Virus record (IMG/VR): IMGVR_UViG_3300043171_000105
Strand: one strand, 5' to 3'
Origin: a virus
DNA length: 44,730 nucleotides
Shown here one piece after another: positions 27,665-37,609 of this stretch. Positions within the stretch are counted from its first letter, which is position 1; each line of letters begins with the position of its first letter. The notes beneath the pieces are model-generated. The model was not told the DNA's origin. It saw nothing but the letters and a program-made list of their open reading frames with translations, and ran no database searches. The position numbers and the translations under genes are program-made.

Positions 27665-29972
27665 CTACGCTCGGAATCACTGATAAGATTGCCATTGGCA
27701 ACGGTGCTCGTTGTTCAATGCGAACTCCGCCGCCTTTAGACCATAATGGTTCAATGACAACTTCTTGTTTGTATGTTCTCAATGCAATAGCATCATAAGC
27801 ATCAGCTTCAAATCGAGGTTTAATTTCATGGAATATGACATCTTGACCACTGGTTGCATCTTGGCGTGGTCCAACGAACCCACCACGTGTACCTTCAACT
27901 TCAATGAATACTTTAGAAACAGACACTGAACGAGCCTTCAATGAGTCAGAGGGTGATGCTATGTCAATATCAAGCATCTCGATAACAGGTGTATATGGTA
28001 GACCGACATGCACCTTAGACGCTTCACGATCCAGTGTGATAGAACCACCTGATACAGTCTTACCTTCAACAACATAACCATCAGCAAGCACAGCTACAGC
28101 CTCACCTTCAAGGTGATCAAGTCCACTGATGACCGTAGCCGGTGACCCGTTATAAGACAACCCTGAATCAACATAAAAAGCATCTTCAGCGACCTTACTC
28201 TCACGCTTCTCAAGACGTTCAACGTATCGTACAGTGTTACCGTCAATTGTTCTTTTAACTATCGCATACAACGCATCACGACCGTCTTCACTGATCGTTG
28301 CTATAGATTCAAACTCACCATCAGTAACATGGTGGTGCCAACCCCACACCTGGTGCTCACGTTGGTAAGTAAGACCGAGCAGTACCCCATCATTACGAAC
28401 ACACCATAAGATTCCGTACGGCTCGTTAGAATAAGCCATTTCAATAACTTCATGATCTTCAAACAGATGCTCAGACATCAATGATAAATCGTTACCTGTA
28501 TATTTATCATTGCTGAACTCATACCCCAGGTCACGAATGCGTGCACCTTTTTCCTGTAGATACAACACGGTACTGTTAATGATCACAGGTTTAACCCATG
28601 ATGCGCCATTGTATGATTGAGGACGGACACCGATGGTTGATGGGGTGAGAACTCTGTCTTGACCTTCACTCACCAGCCACTCGCCGCCTGATGTAAGTAA
28701 TATCAGCGAATCTAAAGATATTATGTGTCGGATTTCATTTACCTGTTGCGCTGCAATAGTAAACGTCACAGCATCATCATCGCGTGCAGGTTTAGATGTT
28801 CGCAATGAATTGAAATTATTAACCTGGGTGGTATATGTTGCTTGAGGTTCATTATTCGTATTAGCGAATATTTGACGTTGCTGATAATAATTTACAGCAG
28901 CAGGTTTGTTATCTGCGCCAGCGAAGGATTGTCTGTCTTCAGGAGGGGCATCACTGGTGATAGGTGCGATGTTATAATCATCAAAAGAATTATTGCTAGA
29001 ATCACCAATCCACCCGTACACATCAGTATTGTTCGATGGGTCTTTATAAATACGATAATAATCAGCACCACTGACCGCACCCCATTCAATGCGCACACCA
29101 CCAGTGACTGATAACGAATCAGTGATAACAGATGCTGCTGATGATGCTAGGGATTCTATCCCTGACTCATCAACTGCTGTCACTACATAAGTGTAAGTTT
29201 TTTCAAAATCACCAAAGCCAGAACCAACTGTTGTCGCACTGTTCTCACGAGTAGCAGTACCACCTGATGTGTACGCAGTGTGACCTGTAGAGTCTTCACC
29301 ATCGAGTTCAATGTGATCGGCATCCACTACTGTGATCCTGAATAACCTATCATTAACCTCAACCATTCCTACAACATTTTCAATAGTGGTTAGGTTACCT
29401 GTTACAAAACCATGCCCCACAGCAGTCACAACAGCTGGGTTAGCCTGTGAAATACCAGTTATAACTTTGACTGTCGCACCTGAAAAAGCCGGTGCAGTGA
29501 CAGATGATGAATAGTCAATATCAGTTAATGTCCAGTTATCATCAGCAAGGCGATTCAGATTCGCAGGGTCATGGTCAGGATGAACAATGGTCATTACATC
29601 TGCTGATTGAGTGAAACCTAATCTCGATAACTGTACTTCAGTGTAGGGGGTGACCAATTCAAAAAGAGCTGGACCAGCACCATCGAGTACATACCCTCCG
29701 TTTTTAATGACTCGCATTTTCAAATGCTCAAAATGCAATATGTACGTTTGCTCAGTGCTAAAACTGAATGGTATGAGTTTACCTACTTTTGAATGGTCGT
29801 CAGATTCACCGATGAACTTGAACCCGGGGCGTGAATAAACACCACCCTGCGCACGTACGAAGAAATTCTCACAGAGGTTAAGACCTGTTGAATATTTAAC
29901 GATATCAGCACGAGACTGTAAAGATGGTGCAATCTCACCAGATGTAAAACTGCGTTGGATAGTCTGTGGCAC
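27648..29972 (-). CDS. Tail tubular protein B / nozzle-like protein
   Basis: 774 aa directly after the gp11 homologue. N-terminus SFTSGEIAPSLQSRADIVKYSTGL...RPG parallels the T7 gp12 N-terminus. Confidence 0.7.
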   Translation of the reverse strand: MPQTIQRSFTSGEIAPSLQSRADIVKYSTGLNLCENFFVRAQGGVYSRPGFKFIGESDDHSKVGKLIPFSFSTEQTYILHFEHLKMRVIKNGGYVLDGAGPALFELVTPYTEVQLSRLGFTQSADVMTIVHPDHDPANLNRLADDNWTLTDIDYSSSVTAPAFSGATVKVITGISQANPAVVTAVGHGFVTGNLTTIENVVGMVEVNDRLFRITVVDADHIELDGEDSTGHTAYTSGGTATRENSATTVGSGFGDFEKTYTYVVTAVDESGIESLASSAASVITDSLSVTGGVRIEWGAVSGADYYRIYKDPSNNTDVYGWIGDSSNNSFDDYNIAPITSDAPPEDRQSFAGADNKPAAVNYYQQRQIFANTNNEPQATYTTQVNNFNSLRTSKPARDDDAVTFTIAAQQVNEIRHIISLDSLILLTSGGEWLVSEGQDRVLTPSTIGVRPQSYNGASWVKPVIINSTVLYLQEKGARIRDLGYEFSNDKYTGNDLSLMSEHLFEDHEVIEMAYSNEPYGILWCVRNDGVLLGLTYQREHQVWGWHHHVTDGEFESIATISEDGRDALYAIVKRTIDGNTVRYVERLEKRESKVAEDAFYVDSGLSYNGSPATVISGLDHLEGEAVAVLADGYVVEGKTVSGGSITLDREASKVHVGLPYTPVIEMLDIDIASPSDSLKARSVSVSKVFIEVEGTRGGFVGPRQDATSGQDVIFHEIKPRFEADAYDAIALRTYKQEVVIEPLWSKGGGVRIEQRAPLPMAILSVIPSVDVGGS

Positions 29973-29975
29973 CGC

Positions 29976-30629
29976 TTATCTCCTAATGGTTTCAAACTCA
30001 CTTAGTGGAGGTTCATTGTACTGATCATTCAAGTCATTCGCCAGAGCAGCATTTAAGTATTCTTTGTACAATTGCAGGTTGTCATTGCGAAACTGCCGAC
30101 CTGTTTCAGCACCTACAATCGGTATCGCTAAATGAGCAGACAGCAGCATGGCAAGTGCCATGACGAAATCATCAGTGAATAAGTTCGGATCGGTTACTTT
30201 TACCGCGTAGTCAATTCGCAACTCAGACTCGTTAGCACCAATTGTTTTATTGTTATCGAAGTTGAACACCTCATAAGGAACTTGAGGTCGTAAGTCTTTC
30301 AATGGTAACAGTTGACTATCAAGTAATCTTGACACTACACCAGCATCTGCGTTCAGCAACTCTTCATGAGCACCAACTAAACGGTGAATCTTTAAACAGT
30401 CAGTAGGATATTGGTATGCGTAAGCCCAGTTAAATATCTCTGTTGTTAATACAGATAGTGCTCTAATCTTACGATTGAATCCCCAACCTTCAGTCAATAA
30501 TCTATCACGTAGAATAGGGTATTTAAGTTTACAAGTCTGTGCCTGTAAACTACCCTCAGTAAGAGAGTTGATACTCCCACCGCGTATATCAGATAATGCT
30601 AAATTGCAGATTTCAACTTCACTTGACAT
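29976..30629 (-). CDS. Tail tubular protein A / adaptor (T7 gp11-like)
   Basis: ICNLALSDIRGGSINSLTEGSLQAQTCKL...LLTEGWGFN aligns by eye with T7 gp11 [29 protein letters not shown]...IQSRGWTFN. Confidence 0.8.
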   Translation of the reverse strand: MSSEVEICNLALSDIRGGSINSLTEGSLQAQTCKLKYPILRDRLLTEGWGFNRKIRALSVLTTEIFNWAYAYQYPTDCLKIHRLVGAHEELLNADAGVVSRLLDSQLLPLKDLRPQVPYEVFNFDNNKTIGANESELRIDYAVKVTDPNLFTDDFVMALAMLLSAHLAIPIVGAETGRQFRNDNLQLYKEYLNAALANDLNDQYNEPPLSEFETIRR

Positions 30630-30631
30630 GG

Positions 30632-30877
30632 TTAATCCTCAGATGACTGCCATTCAGAATTATAAAAGAATTTGAATATTTCTTCACGGTTAGTATTATC
30701 AAAGTGCTTGACGATACATTCGTATTTCAGTATTTTACTATGATTCACTTTGATTAGTTCTTGAGTACCTGCGACATTTGATGTTTTAGATAGCAACCCA
30801 CCCTCATGTAACAATTCAGCCTCAATTAAGAAATCACGATAATCATTTGACTTAGTATCAACTAAATATGTATTCAT
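30632..30877 (-). CDS. Hypothetical protein (81 aa)
   Basis: ATG at 30877 forms an ATGA overlap with the upstream stop. The longer track ORF extends into the LamG gene. Confidence 0.55.
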   Translation of the reverse strand: MNTYLVDTKSNDYRDFLIEAELLHEGGLLSKTSNVAGTQELIKVNHSKILKYECIVKHFDNTNREEIFKFFYNSEWQSSED

Positions 30878-31623
30878 GAGAGCGGCCTCTCTAGCGACCC
30901 TGTGACAGTGAGGCCACCGCCGGTGCCCTTGTTTATATGCCAAGACGCATAATCGCCAGCAAAGTACATTATTGGAGCAGTTCCGGTTGCTGCCGAACCA
31001 TCGCCATTTGAATTCAAAACTGGTTGACCTTGAGAATTAAAAAATTTCCTGCGGTTAGCTTCGACTGAGAAATCAATACCCGTATCTACATTGAAATACA
31101 TAAAATTAATGTCTGCGTTTACCTTGGCTATTCCTCCAATCCAGAACGCACCAATGACATGCTCTGTTACCGTGTAATCAATGTCGCCAGCAACTCTTGT
31201 TGTAAGCGTTAAATCGGAAGCGTCATCAATATATAGATGATTATTTGCATCAGCGGAAGTATCCCAACTGCATAATATATTATGGTATCTTCCATCGGCG
31301 GTTATAGTTCCAGTGGACGCAATCTCAATCTTTGCTGCTGATGTAGAATCGAGCATTTTGAATAACAGAGTATTATCAAGCTGCTTTATTATCTCTACTT
31401 TTGCAGAGTTGGTGGAGTACAGTTTTTGCACAACTCCATCGCCACCATTAAACCGGATACGTGCAACAAAAATGCCTGTTGCGCCATCAGCATTGCCAGC
31501 TAAATCTGCGCCTCTACTAAGGTAATCATTAGTGCCATCAAATGATGCACCGAAAATACCAAAAGAAGGTCTACCAACACCCCTCACAGCGTTTCTCACA
31601 GCACCTCTGATAGCGTTACGCAT
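30874..31623 (-). CDS. LamG / concanavalin-like jelly-roll domain protein
   Basis: FDGTNDYLSRGADL...FVARIRF...LYIDD pattern typical of LamG-like domains. Confidence 0.6.
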   Translation of the reverse strand: MRNAIRGAVRNAVRGVGRPSFGIFGASFDGTNDYLSRGADLAGNADGATGIFVARIRFNGGDGVVQKLYSTNSAKVEIIKQLDNTLLFKMLDSTSAAKIEIASTGTITADGRYHNILCSWDTSADANNHLYIDDASDLTLTTRVAGDIDYTVTEHVIGAFWIGGIAKVNADINFMYFNVDTGIDFSVEANRRKFFNSQGQPVLNSNGDGSAATGTAPIMYFAGDYASWHINKGTGGGLTVTGSLERPLS

Positions 31624-31934
31624 TATGGATGATCAGGTGTAGAAATCTCAACAGCAACTGCACCAGCGGTCTCACTCTTATTAATGCGATAATAACCAGC
31701 CGCATCGATCACGACACCGGAGTTTGTCGGTGTGATCTGTTGAATAACACCGTTGACATAATAATCACTGAAACTTCCAGCTGAGTCTTCCTTCTGAACA
31801 GTTGCAGTTTCAGTAGTAGCAAGCCCTGGTGCTGTCAGATGCGCATGAGCACCACCGGCGCGTTGTACACCTCGTACTGGGAACTTTCTCGACTGACCTG
31901 CGCCAGTCGCAGCTGTTAAAATTACTGTACTCAT
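31623..31934 (-). CDS. Hypothetical structural-module protein (103 aa)
   Basis: ORF track; start and stop overlaps with its neighbours. Confidence 0.6.
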   Translation of the reverse strand: MSTVILTAATGAGQSRKFPVRGVQRAGGAHAHLTAPGLATTETATVQKEDSAGSFSDYYVNGVIQQITPTNSGVVIDAAGYYRINKSETAGAVAVEISTPDHP

Positions 31935-32239
31935 GATTCACCTCCATACATTCGTTTAACAATGTCATCGTTTTCACGACTCACTTTCAAAGATGTCAAC
32001 TGCAATCGTACTGACTTGTTCGTTGATTCACTGTCACTGTGTTCTGACTTACTATCGACAAACGCATATCCGCGAATCTCGACAACATCACCGACTGCAA
32101 GGTTATCAACACCAAGTTCGTCAACGAGGTCATCATCAAAATTGATGCTTGTACCATAGGGGTAATGATTATCGTCAGAGCAACATGTCACACCCATCGA
32201 CGACGATTCTTTTTTAATCTTCACTTGATCTTCAGGCAT
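31931..32239 (-). CDS. Hypothetical structural-module protein (102 aa)
   Basis: ORF track; translationally coupled to its neighbours. Confidence 0.6.
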   Translation of the reverse strand: MPEDQVKIKKESSSMGVTCCSDDNHYPYGTSINFDDDLVDELGVDNLAVGDVVEIRGYAFVDSKSEHSDSESTNKSVRLQLTSLKVSRENDDIVKRMYGGES

Positions 32240-32250
32240 GACTCATCCTC

Positions 32251-32544
32251 TTAAAGTGTTTGGACGTTACTACCAGACTCACCGGTGCCAAGGAATGATG
32301 CGTCTTTAATATCTTTTTGATCACCGTCAGCTTTCTCATCATCGGTGACCTTCTGCGCCGCTTCAAGTGCCTCACGCTTCTTCTTAACACCATCGGATTC
32401 TTTCGGCATCTCAGCCAACCAGGAAGGCATAGGGTTACTTTTTTTTGTGAATGGTTTCGCAGTATGCAGAACTGACCGCTTACCTTCAGGATCATACAGC
32501 TTACCTTCAAAGAACCCGGTTGCAATTACTTTATAACGTGGCAT
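32251..32544 (-). CDS. Hypothetical Lys-rich protein (97 aa)
   Basis: GGAG Shine-Dalgarno upstream. First gene after the terminator. The alternative-frame ORF 32232-32525 is rejected. Confidence 0.6.
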   Translation of the reverse strand: MPRYKVIATGFFEGKLYDPEGKRSVLHTAKPFTKKSNPMPSWLAEMPKESDGVKKKREALEAAQKVTDDEKADGDQKDIKDASFLGTGESGSNVQTL

Positions 32545-32561
32545 TTTAAATGCTCCAAATC

Positions 32562-32597
32562 AAGGTTAAAGAAAAGGGCGACCGGAGCCGCCCTTTC
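32562..32597 (-). terminator. Rho-independent terminator (minus strand)
   Basis: The minus strand reads AAAGGGCG, GCTCCGGT, CGCCCTTT and then TCTTTAA. Stem at 32573-32596. Confidence 0.75.
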
Positions 32598-32601
32598 TCA
32601 G

Positions 32602-33036
32602 TTACGCGCCTGTGACGTTAGTCTGGTTGCCCATAGTAATGCCAGCAGTGATTGTACCGCCGCCATCAGCAGCTGAACCAGCTATCACGTATTCAATACC
32701 CAGGTAGCGTTCAACGATACCATTAGGTAAGAAGTCCAGATTAAACTGCTTACCTGCAAGCAGATCACCAATCAGGATAGTCTGAGATGCGATAGTAGTA
32801 CCGAGTGTTGCAGCTGCACCAGTAGACAGATTGACTGTCAAACTGTCGCAAGTTGCGAAGTCGGCGGTAACCTGCACTAAGAGTGGAATCTTAGCACCTT
32901 TACCTACATCATCATTTAATGCAGCCTTGCCACCATACGGTGTACCTGCTACGCCTAAGTCGATGACATTGGTCGAATCCGCACTAACGGTAACCTCCTG
33001 ATCATCAGAAAACAACTGTTGTAATGAAAAAATCAT
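32602..33036 (-). CDS. Probable capsid decoration / cement protein
   Basis: 144 aa immediately after the capsid gene and bracketed by terminators. The pattern SADSTNVIDLG...KIPLLVQV recalls BPP-1 Bbp16-like cement proteins, from memory only. Confidence 0.5.
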   Translation of the reverse strand: MIFSLQQLFSDDQEVTVSADSTNVIDLGVAGTPYGGKAALNDDVGKGAKIPLLVQVTADFATCDSLTVNLSTGAAATLGTTIASQTILIGDLLAGKQFNLDFLPNGIVERYLGIEYVIAGSAADGGGTITAGITMGNQTNVTGA

Positions 33037-33050
33037 TTTGATTAATCCTC

Positions 33051-33086
33051 TAAAAATTAAAAATTAGCCGAGGTGTTACCCCCGGC
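33051..33086 (-). terminator. Rho-independent terminator / attenuator after the capsid gene
   Basis: The minus strand reads GCCGGGGG, TAACA, CCTCGGC and then TAATTTTTAATTTTTA. Confidence 0.65.
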
Positions 33087-33104
33087 AATTGATGAACCGT
33101 TCGG

Positions 33105-34103
33105 TTATGTGACCTTAGCTTCAGTGTTGATGATGGCATCTGTTTCACGAATCGGAATACCACGATAAGTGGTAACTTCCTTACCTTCAAGCTCTACCAC
33201 CTTGAGGCGCACAAAGGTATCACTGGCACCGGCGTTGGTAGCAAGGGCATCAAGTGCTTCAAGCACATCACGGTTACAGTAGATGGCAATGTTACCACCA
33301 GCGACACGACGATTTTGCAACTTGTAATATGCCTTACGCATAAAGTCATATAAAGCAACTGAACCACCAGCCATCAATGACACGTCGATGTTCGCAATAC
33401 GTGCAACATAACGCCAATCTTTAACAGCCAGACCAATGTGCCATGTAAATTTCTCTTCCATCGCGTAGTAAGCATCACCGTTATCATCAACGATACGCTG
33501 TTGACCCATGTCTTCACGCTGAACACCAGCCTGAGTACCTTTAGGATAAAGCAAGTTACATTGGTTATCACCCCATGTAACAAACCATATTGACGTGTTG
33601 TCTGAACCAGTACCACCGGCATTAATAATCTGATTACCGTTAGCAGCAGTCGTGTCGTTGAATCGTGGGGCCAGACCCATGAACTCTTCAGGATCATCTG
33701 CTGTGCTACCGTAGAATAACTTAGTAGCAACTTCCTGAGACATAGCTTCAAGATAAGACTGAGCCTCAGATAAGCGTACAGCACCTTCATTGGTAGACAG
33801 ATCCAGCAGACGCTTGTCGATGGTACTCAGACCTTCAACGAAACCAGTGGTATCTTCAACCTGGGATGTTTTACCTTTACCGTTGGGGATACCCTTGTAA
33901 AGTTTACCCCACGTAACGCTTGGCAGACCAGAACGCACAGTGTGTAAGTGAGTTGTACCCTTGTTACACTCGACCGCAATCGCGTCATCAAGTATAGGGT
34001 TCATTTCCATAAGCATTTCAATAACATCGACGAAATTACCGCGTCCGTCCTGTAGCTTATATACGTCGATCAGATCGACAAAAGTAGCTCCTAAAGTAGC
34101 CAT
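33105..34103 (-). CDS. Major capsid protein
   Basis: 332 aa, following the scaffold gene and followed by a terminator. Size and position fit an HK97-fold podovirus capsid protein. Confidence 0.8.
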   Translation of the reverse strand: MATLGATFVDLIDVYKLQDGRGNFVDVIEMLMEMNPILDDAIAVECNKGTTHLHTVRSGLPSVTWGKLYKGIPNGKGKTSQVEDTTGFVEGLSTIDKRLLDLSTNEGAVRLSEAQSYLEAMSQEVATKLFYGSTADDPEEFMGLAPRFNDTTAANGNQIINAGGTGSDNTSIWFVTWGDNQCNLLYPKGTQAGVQREDMGQQRIVDDNGDAYYAMEEKFTWHIGLAVKDWRYVARIANIDVSLMAGGSVALYDFMRKAYYKLQNRRVAGGNIAIYCNRDVLEALDALATNAGASDTFVRLKVVELEGKEVTTYRGIPIRETDAIINTEAKVT

Positions 34104-34125
34104 TTGATATTACCTCGTAAGATTG

Positions 34126-34878
34126 TTAGGCATCCGTTTTCGGATACATTCTAGACACACGGTCAGACTCTTCAGAAGATTGAGCACCAGTTACACCCGG
34201 TACATCTTCATTCAATGTTTGACCAACTCGAACCATAAACCGGATAACTTCAGGGTGGTTGCCCACACCGTGTTCTTCCAGCAGCTGTTTCAATTCTGGA
34301 GTTCCATATTTAGAAATAGCAGATTGCGCGATCTTGACACTTTCTTCAAACTTGTCTCCACCGAACTCACCGTCATTTTTAGAACTGGTCTTCCAGTCAC
34401 TCATCAGCTGGTTGAAGTTTTCGACTTGCGTCTGCGAACCCGCCTGGACTTGTTTTGCGTAAAGGTCAATAACCTTCTGAGCCTGTTCCTGATTCAAACC
34501 CAACTCTTTGAAAAGAGGGGATGCTTCAGCGAGAGCAGTTTCATTAAGTTCAGTGCCTTCAGGCATAACAAAGTCGGCATAAGTGTCGGGAGGCGTATCA
34601 CTACCTTCTGCACCAGCAATATCAGCAGCAGCATCAACAATAGCTTTTGCAGCTGCTTTATCATCAGCAGATAACCCTGGGTCATCTGCATCAAGAATAG
34701 CTTGTGCAACTGCAACATCAGCAGCCGCACCTTCAGCAGCAGCACCTTCGCCGCCGCCTTCAGCACTGCCACCTTCGGCAGCAGCACCTGTTAATACGGT
34801 TTCAGTACCACCTTCGGCAGCACCTTCTGTTTGAACACCTTCTGTACTTGATTCGTCACTCATTGAGATCATCTCCAA
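34126..34878 (-). CDS. Scaffolding protein
   Basis: Acidic and Ala/Glu/Gly-rich, lying between portal and capsid. The true start is probably ATG 34863, which has a GGAG Shine-Dalgarno. Confidence 0.7.
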   Translation of the reverse strand: MEMISMSDESSTEGVQTEGAAEGGTETVLTGAAAEGGSAEGGGEGAAAEGAAADVAVAQAILDADDPGLSADDKAAAKAIVDAAADIAGAEGSDTPPDTYADFVMPEGTELNETALAEASPLFKELGLNQEQAQKVIDLYAKQVQAGSQTQVENFNQLMSDWKTSSKNDGEFGGDKFEESVKIAQSAISKYGTPELKQLLEEHGVGNHPEVIRFMVRVGQTLNEDVPGVTGAQSSEESDRVSRMYPKTDA

Positions 34879-35125
34879 TCATTTTTAAATAATCACCTGG
34901 TGCAGCTTCTTTGATTTGTCGTTCAAGATCCAAAGCCGCATCCCTCTTACCTGAACAATACGCAGATCGAACAGGATTTTCATTAAACATGCTGTCAAAT
35001 ATACCACAGTTTTGCAGGTACTCCAAAATAAACCTTCTACCTTCAAATGTTCGCATAAAGTTTTGAATAACAAGAAGATTCGGGTTGCTGTCATTACTAT
35101 TCGATTTCTGCTCATCATCACTCAT
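34856..35125 (-). CDS. Small conserved protein downstream of the portal gene
   Basis: 89 aa. ATGA overlap with the portal stop. Confidence 0.6.
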   Translation of the reverse strand: MSDDEQKSNSNDSNPNLLVIQNFMRTFEGRRFILEYLQNCGIFDSMFNENPVRSAYCSGKRDAALDLERQIKEAAPGDYLKMIGDDLNE

Positions 35126-36801
35126 TATGCGACACCTGCGTTACGCATGGTTCTACCTAGCACATTGTCTTCACTGATTTCAGTTTCAGATGCTTTCTTC
35201 GCCATATCAACCATCTGACCACCCTGCTCCATCATAGCAGCACGTTGTCTGGCTTGAGCTTCAGCAGCAGCAGCAGCAAGTGCATCACTGTCACTAGTAA
35301 TAAGTGAAGGATTAACACCCAGTGCTTCAGCGTAATCATCGACTGCTTGATTAATATTGATCTTATGACGTGCTTCAGGCCATATCGCTGCCACACCACC
35401 GACGAACTGTGCAATGCGATCAATGGCACCAGTATTCACCAGTCGTTGTGCTTGTGCTAACACAGACACATACTCAACGCTCAGCTCACGATCCTGCAAT
35501 TCAGGTGGTGGCGTAGGCAGCACACCGTTGCGTTGCAAGATATTGAAGGTACGATCAATCAATGGATCGAGCAACTCAGTATGCAGACGTTCAAGCACTG
35601 GTCCCAGCATCAGCAGCTTCTCTTCATGCTTCTCAGCAACCTCACGCGCAGTAATTTGACGGCGGTCAGTATTAGCAAGCATCAAGAACAAATCTTCATA
35701 GAACGCACGTTGTATACGGTTCTCTACATTCAGGATTTCACCTTTGATTTGCTCGACTTCAGGTCTGTAGTTCTCATAAATACTCTTCAACCCGCCGTTG
35801 TTCGTGTCACTGTGCCATATAATCTCGTTATAACTAGGTACACCGTTCTTCATCTTACTCTTCAGTGCAGATGGACCCTGCAACGGTGGACTCACTAACT
35901 TATCAAATGCCTGATACTTGCGACGTTCAGCCAACTGCAATGCCTTAGTGTCGCCTAAAGCAGTGATACCGGGACAATCAGTCGCATAGACATCTTCGCC
36001 GGTGACATCCCAACGAGGTGCCAAGATAGGGAACTCATCGAAACCTGATTCACGCAGGAACTTCTCCTGTGCATCACGTGAGCCTTTGTTCGCTTCATAG
36101 TAAACAGAACGTGTGGGTTTATCACTCGCCTTGACGCTGGTCATGTCACGATCATCATTAGGTTCAATGGCATGGACGATCTTCACCCAGGCTTCAGTGT
36201 TGCCTGTATCCCACTGTCTTTTAACACTTTCGCTGACATTCTCGATACCAAACTGTTTGACGACCTGACCGACAGTCAACTCATATTCACGATACATAGT
36301 GTCAGTTTCATTCTTACCATCCATACCTAGCATGTAGCTGCCGACGGTGTAAGGTTTGCACCAGATGACGTTATCAAAATCATGGAACACACCCATCGCA
36401 GCTGTGCCGAATACACCCAGTTCAGAGTACAACTGATGCAGTGAGTTATAAGTATTCGATGACGCGAACACTTTGTACATGATTGTCTGCACTTCATGCA
36501 ACCACATCTTCACCGCTGTAATGTCGTCCAGCTTCCTGTCACCGGTTGCCAGTCTGAACCAAGGTCGCGCCGGTGATGTGATGCCTGACATCATGCCGGA
36601 GGCTAACGTCCTGGCTGACATTCTGCTGCTGTTGTTGATCTGCTTCGTGTTGCGCTTGAACCCTTTGTTTCGATCAGATGTTAAGAATCGACCACGGTGT
36701 GCCAGATGATAGTCTGACAGTTCCCGGTACAAGGGTATGAATGACGACCGTTCAGATCGCATTGCTTCAAGTCGCTTGTTGTAACTTCTAATTGTTGGCA
36801 T
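35125..36801 (-). CDS. Portal (head-tail connector) protein, podovirus type
   Basis: 558 aa. ARTLASGMMSGITSPARPWFRL parallels T7 gp8 ARGLNNLASKLMLALFP..W.RL. Confidence 0.85.
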   Translation of the reverse strand: MPTIRSYNKRLEAMRSERSSFIPLYRELSDYHLAHRGRFLTSDRNKGFKRNTKQINNSSRMSARTLASGMMSGITSPARPWFRLATGDRKLDDITAVKMWLHEVQTIMYKVFASSNTYNSLHQLYSELGVFGTAAMGVFHDFDNVIWCKPYTVGSYMLGMDGKNETDTMYREYELTVGQVVKQFGIENVSESVKRQWDTGNTEAWVKIVHAIEPNDDRDMTSVKASDKPTRSVYYEANKGSRDAQEKFLRESGFDEFPILAPRWDVTGEDVYATDCPGITALGDTKALQLAERRKYQAFDKLVSPPLQGPSALKSKMKNGVPSYNEIIWHSDTNNGGLKSIYENYRPEVEQIKGEILNVENRIQRAFYEDLFLMLANTDRRQITAREVAEKHEEKLLMLGPVLERLHTELLDPLIDRTFNILQRNGVLPTPPPELQDRELSVEYVSVLAQAQRLVNTGAIDRIAQFVGGVAAIWPEARHKININQAVDDYAEALGVNPSLITSDSDALAAAAAEAQARQRAAMMEQGGQMVDMAKKASETEISEDNVLGRTMRNAGVA

Positions 36802-36807
36802 AAGTCT

Positions 36808-37608
36808 TTAACCTAGTTGTGGTTCATACCAGAATATAACAGTGCTGAAATCAATTTCTTGATTAGTATTATTTGTCACTCCGTAACTATACTTTGTATT
36901 TGGTTTTAATATCCATTCACCACCAGTGATAATGTCTAATCCATTACCGCCTTTTTGCGCCACTGATGGGATTAGAGATTTTCCTATCGGGTTGCCTATA
37001 TCTGTAATAACAGGATTTTGATATAACATCATCGTCGGAGTATTATCACTCGTTCTATTGTTATTACCAGCACCTAATAAATCACCATCATCAGTTGTCA
37101 CAACATCTTCAAAGTATTCGACAGTACATGGGGCCGCTGTTGTCTGTATGTTGAACGATCTTAAATGAACAGGATCATCGCCTGTTATCATTAAGTGAGT
37201 TTCTGTAGTATCGGCGGCTAATGCTGGATGAATGTCTGCATGAGTAAACCCATTCCCTTGGTGAATTTGAGCATGTTGATGCGTTATTGTTGGTATCGAA
37301 CCATCATCAGATTCATAAGGGTTACCGAGCGCGTCATACAATGCAACATGAACCGGATCAGTCTCAGTAGCAACTAGTGAACATTTATCACTTGTCGGTA
37401 GTGCCCATACATTTGTGTCAAGTGATAGAAACTGCATCGGGTCATCGTTGCCACCGAGTGTATGATACACAGAATTAGTTTTAGCTGGTTTCAATTCACT
37501 CAGCGTAATGCGTACATCATCACGATGTGATTGCAACAGCAGTGGATTGAACCCTGTGTTGACCTGGACATACTGCGTAGGATCAAGATTGACTGAAACA
37601 GTCGCCAT
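36808..37608 (-). CDS. Hypothetical protein (266 aa) between terL and the portal gene
   Basis: ORF track. Beta-rich composition; no motif recognised. Confidence 0.65.
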   Translation of the reverse strand: MATVSVNLDPTQYVQVNTGFNPLLLQSHRDDVRITLSELKPAKTNSVYHTLGGNDDPMQFLSLDTNVWALPTSDKCSLVATETDPVHVALYDALGNPYESDDGSIPTITHQHAQIHQGNGFTHADIHPALAADTTETHLMITGDDPVHLRSFNIQTTAAPCTVEYFEDVVTTDDGDLLGAGNNNRTSDNTPTMMLYQNPVITDIGNPIGKSLIPSVAQKGGNGLDIITGGEWILKPNTKYSYGVTNNTNQEIDFSTVIFWYEPQLG

Positions 37609-37609
37609 A

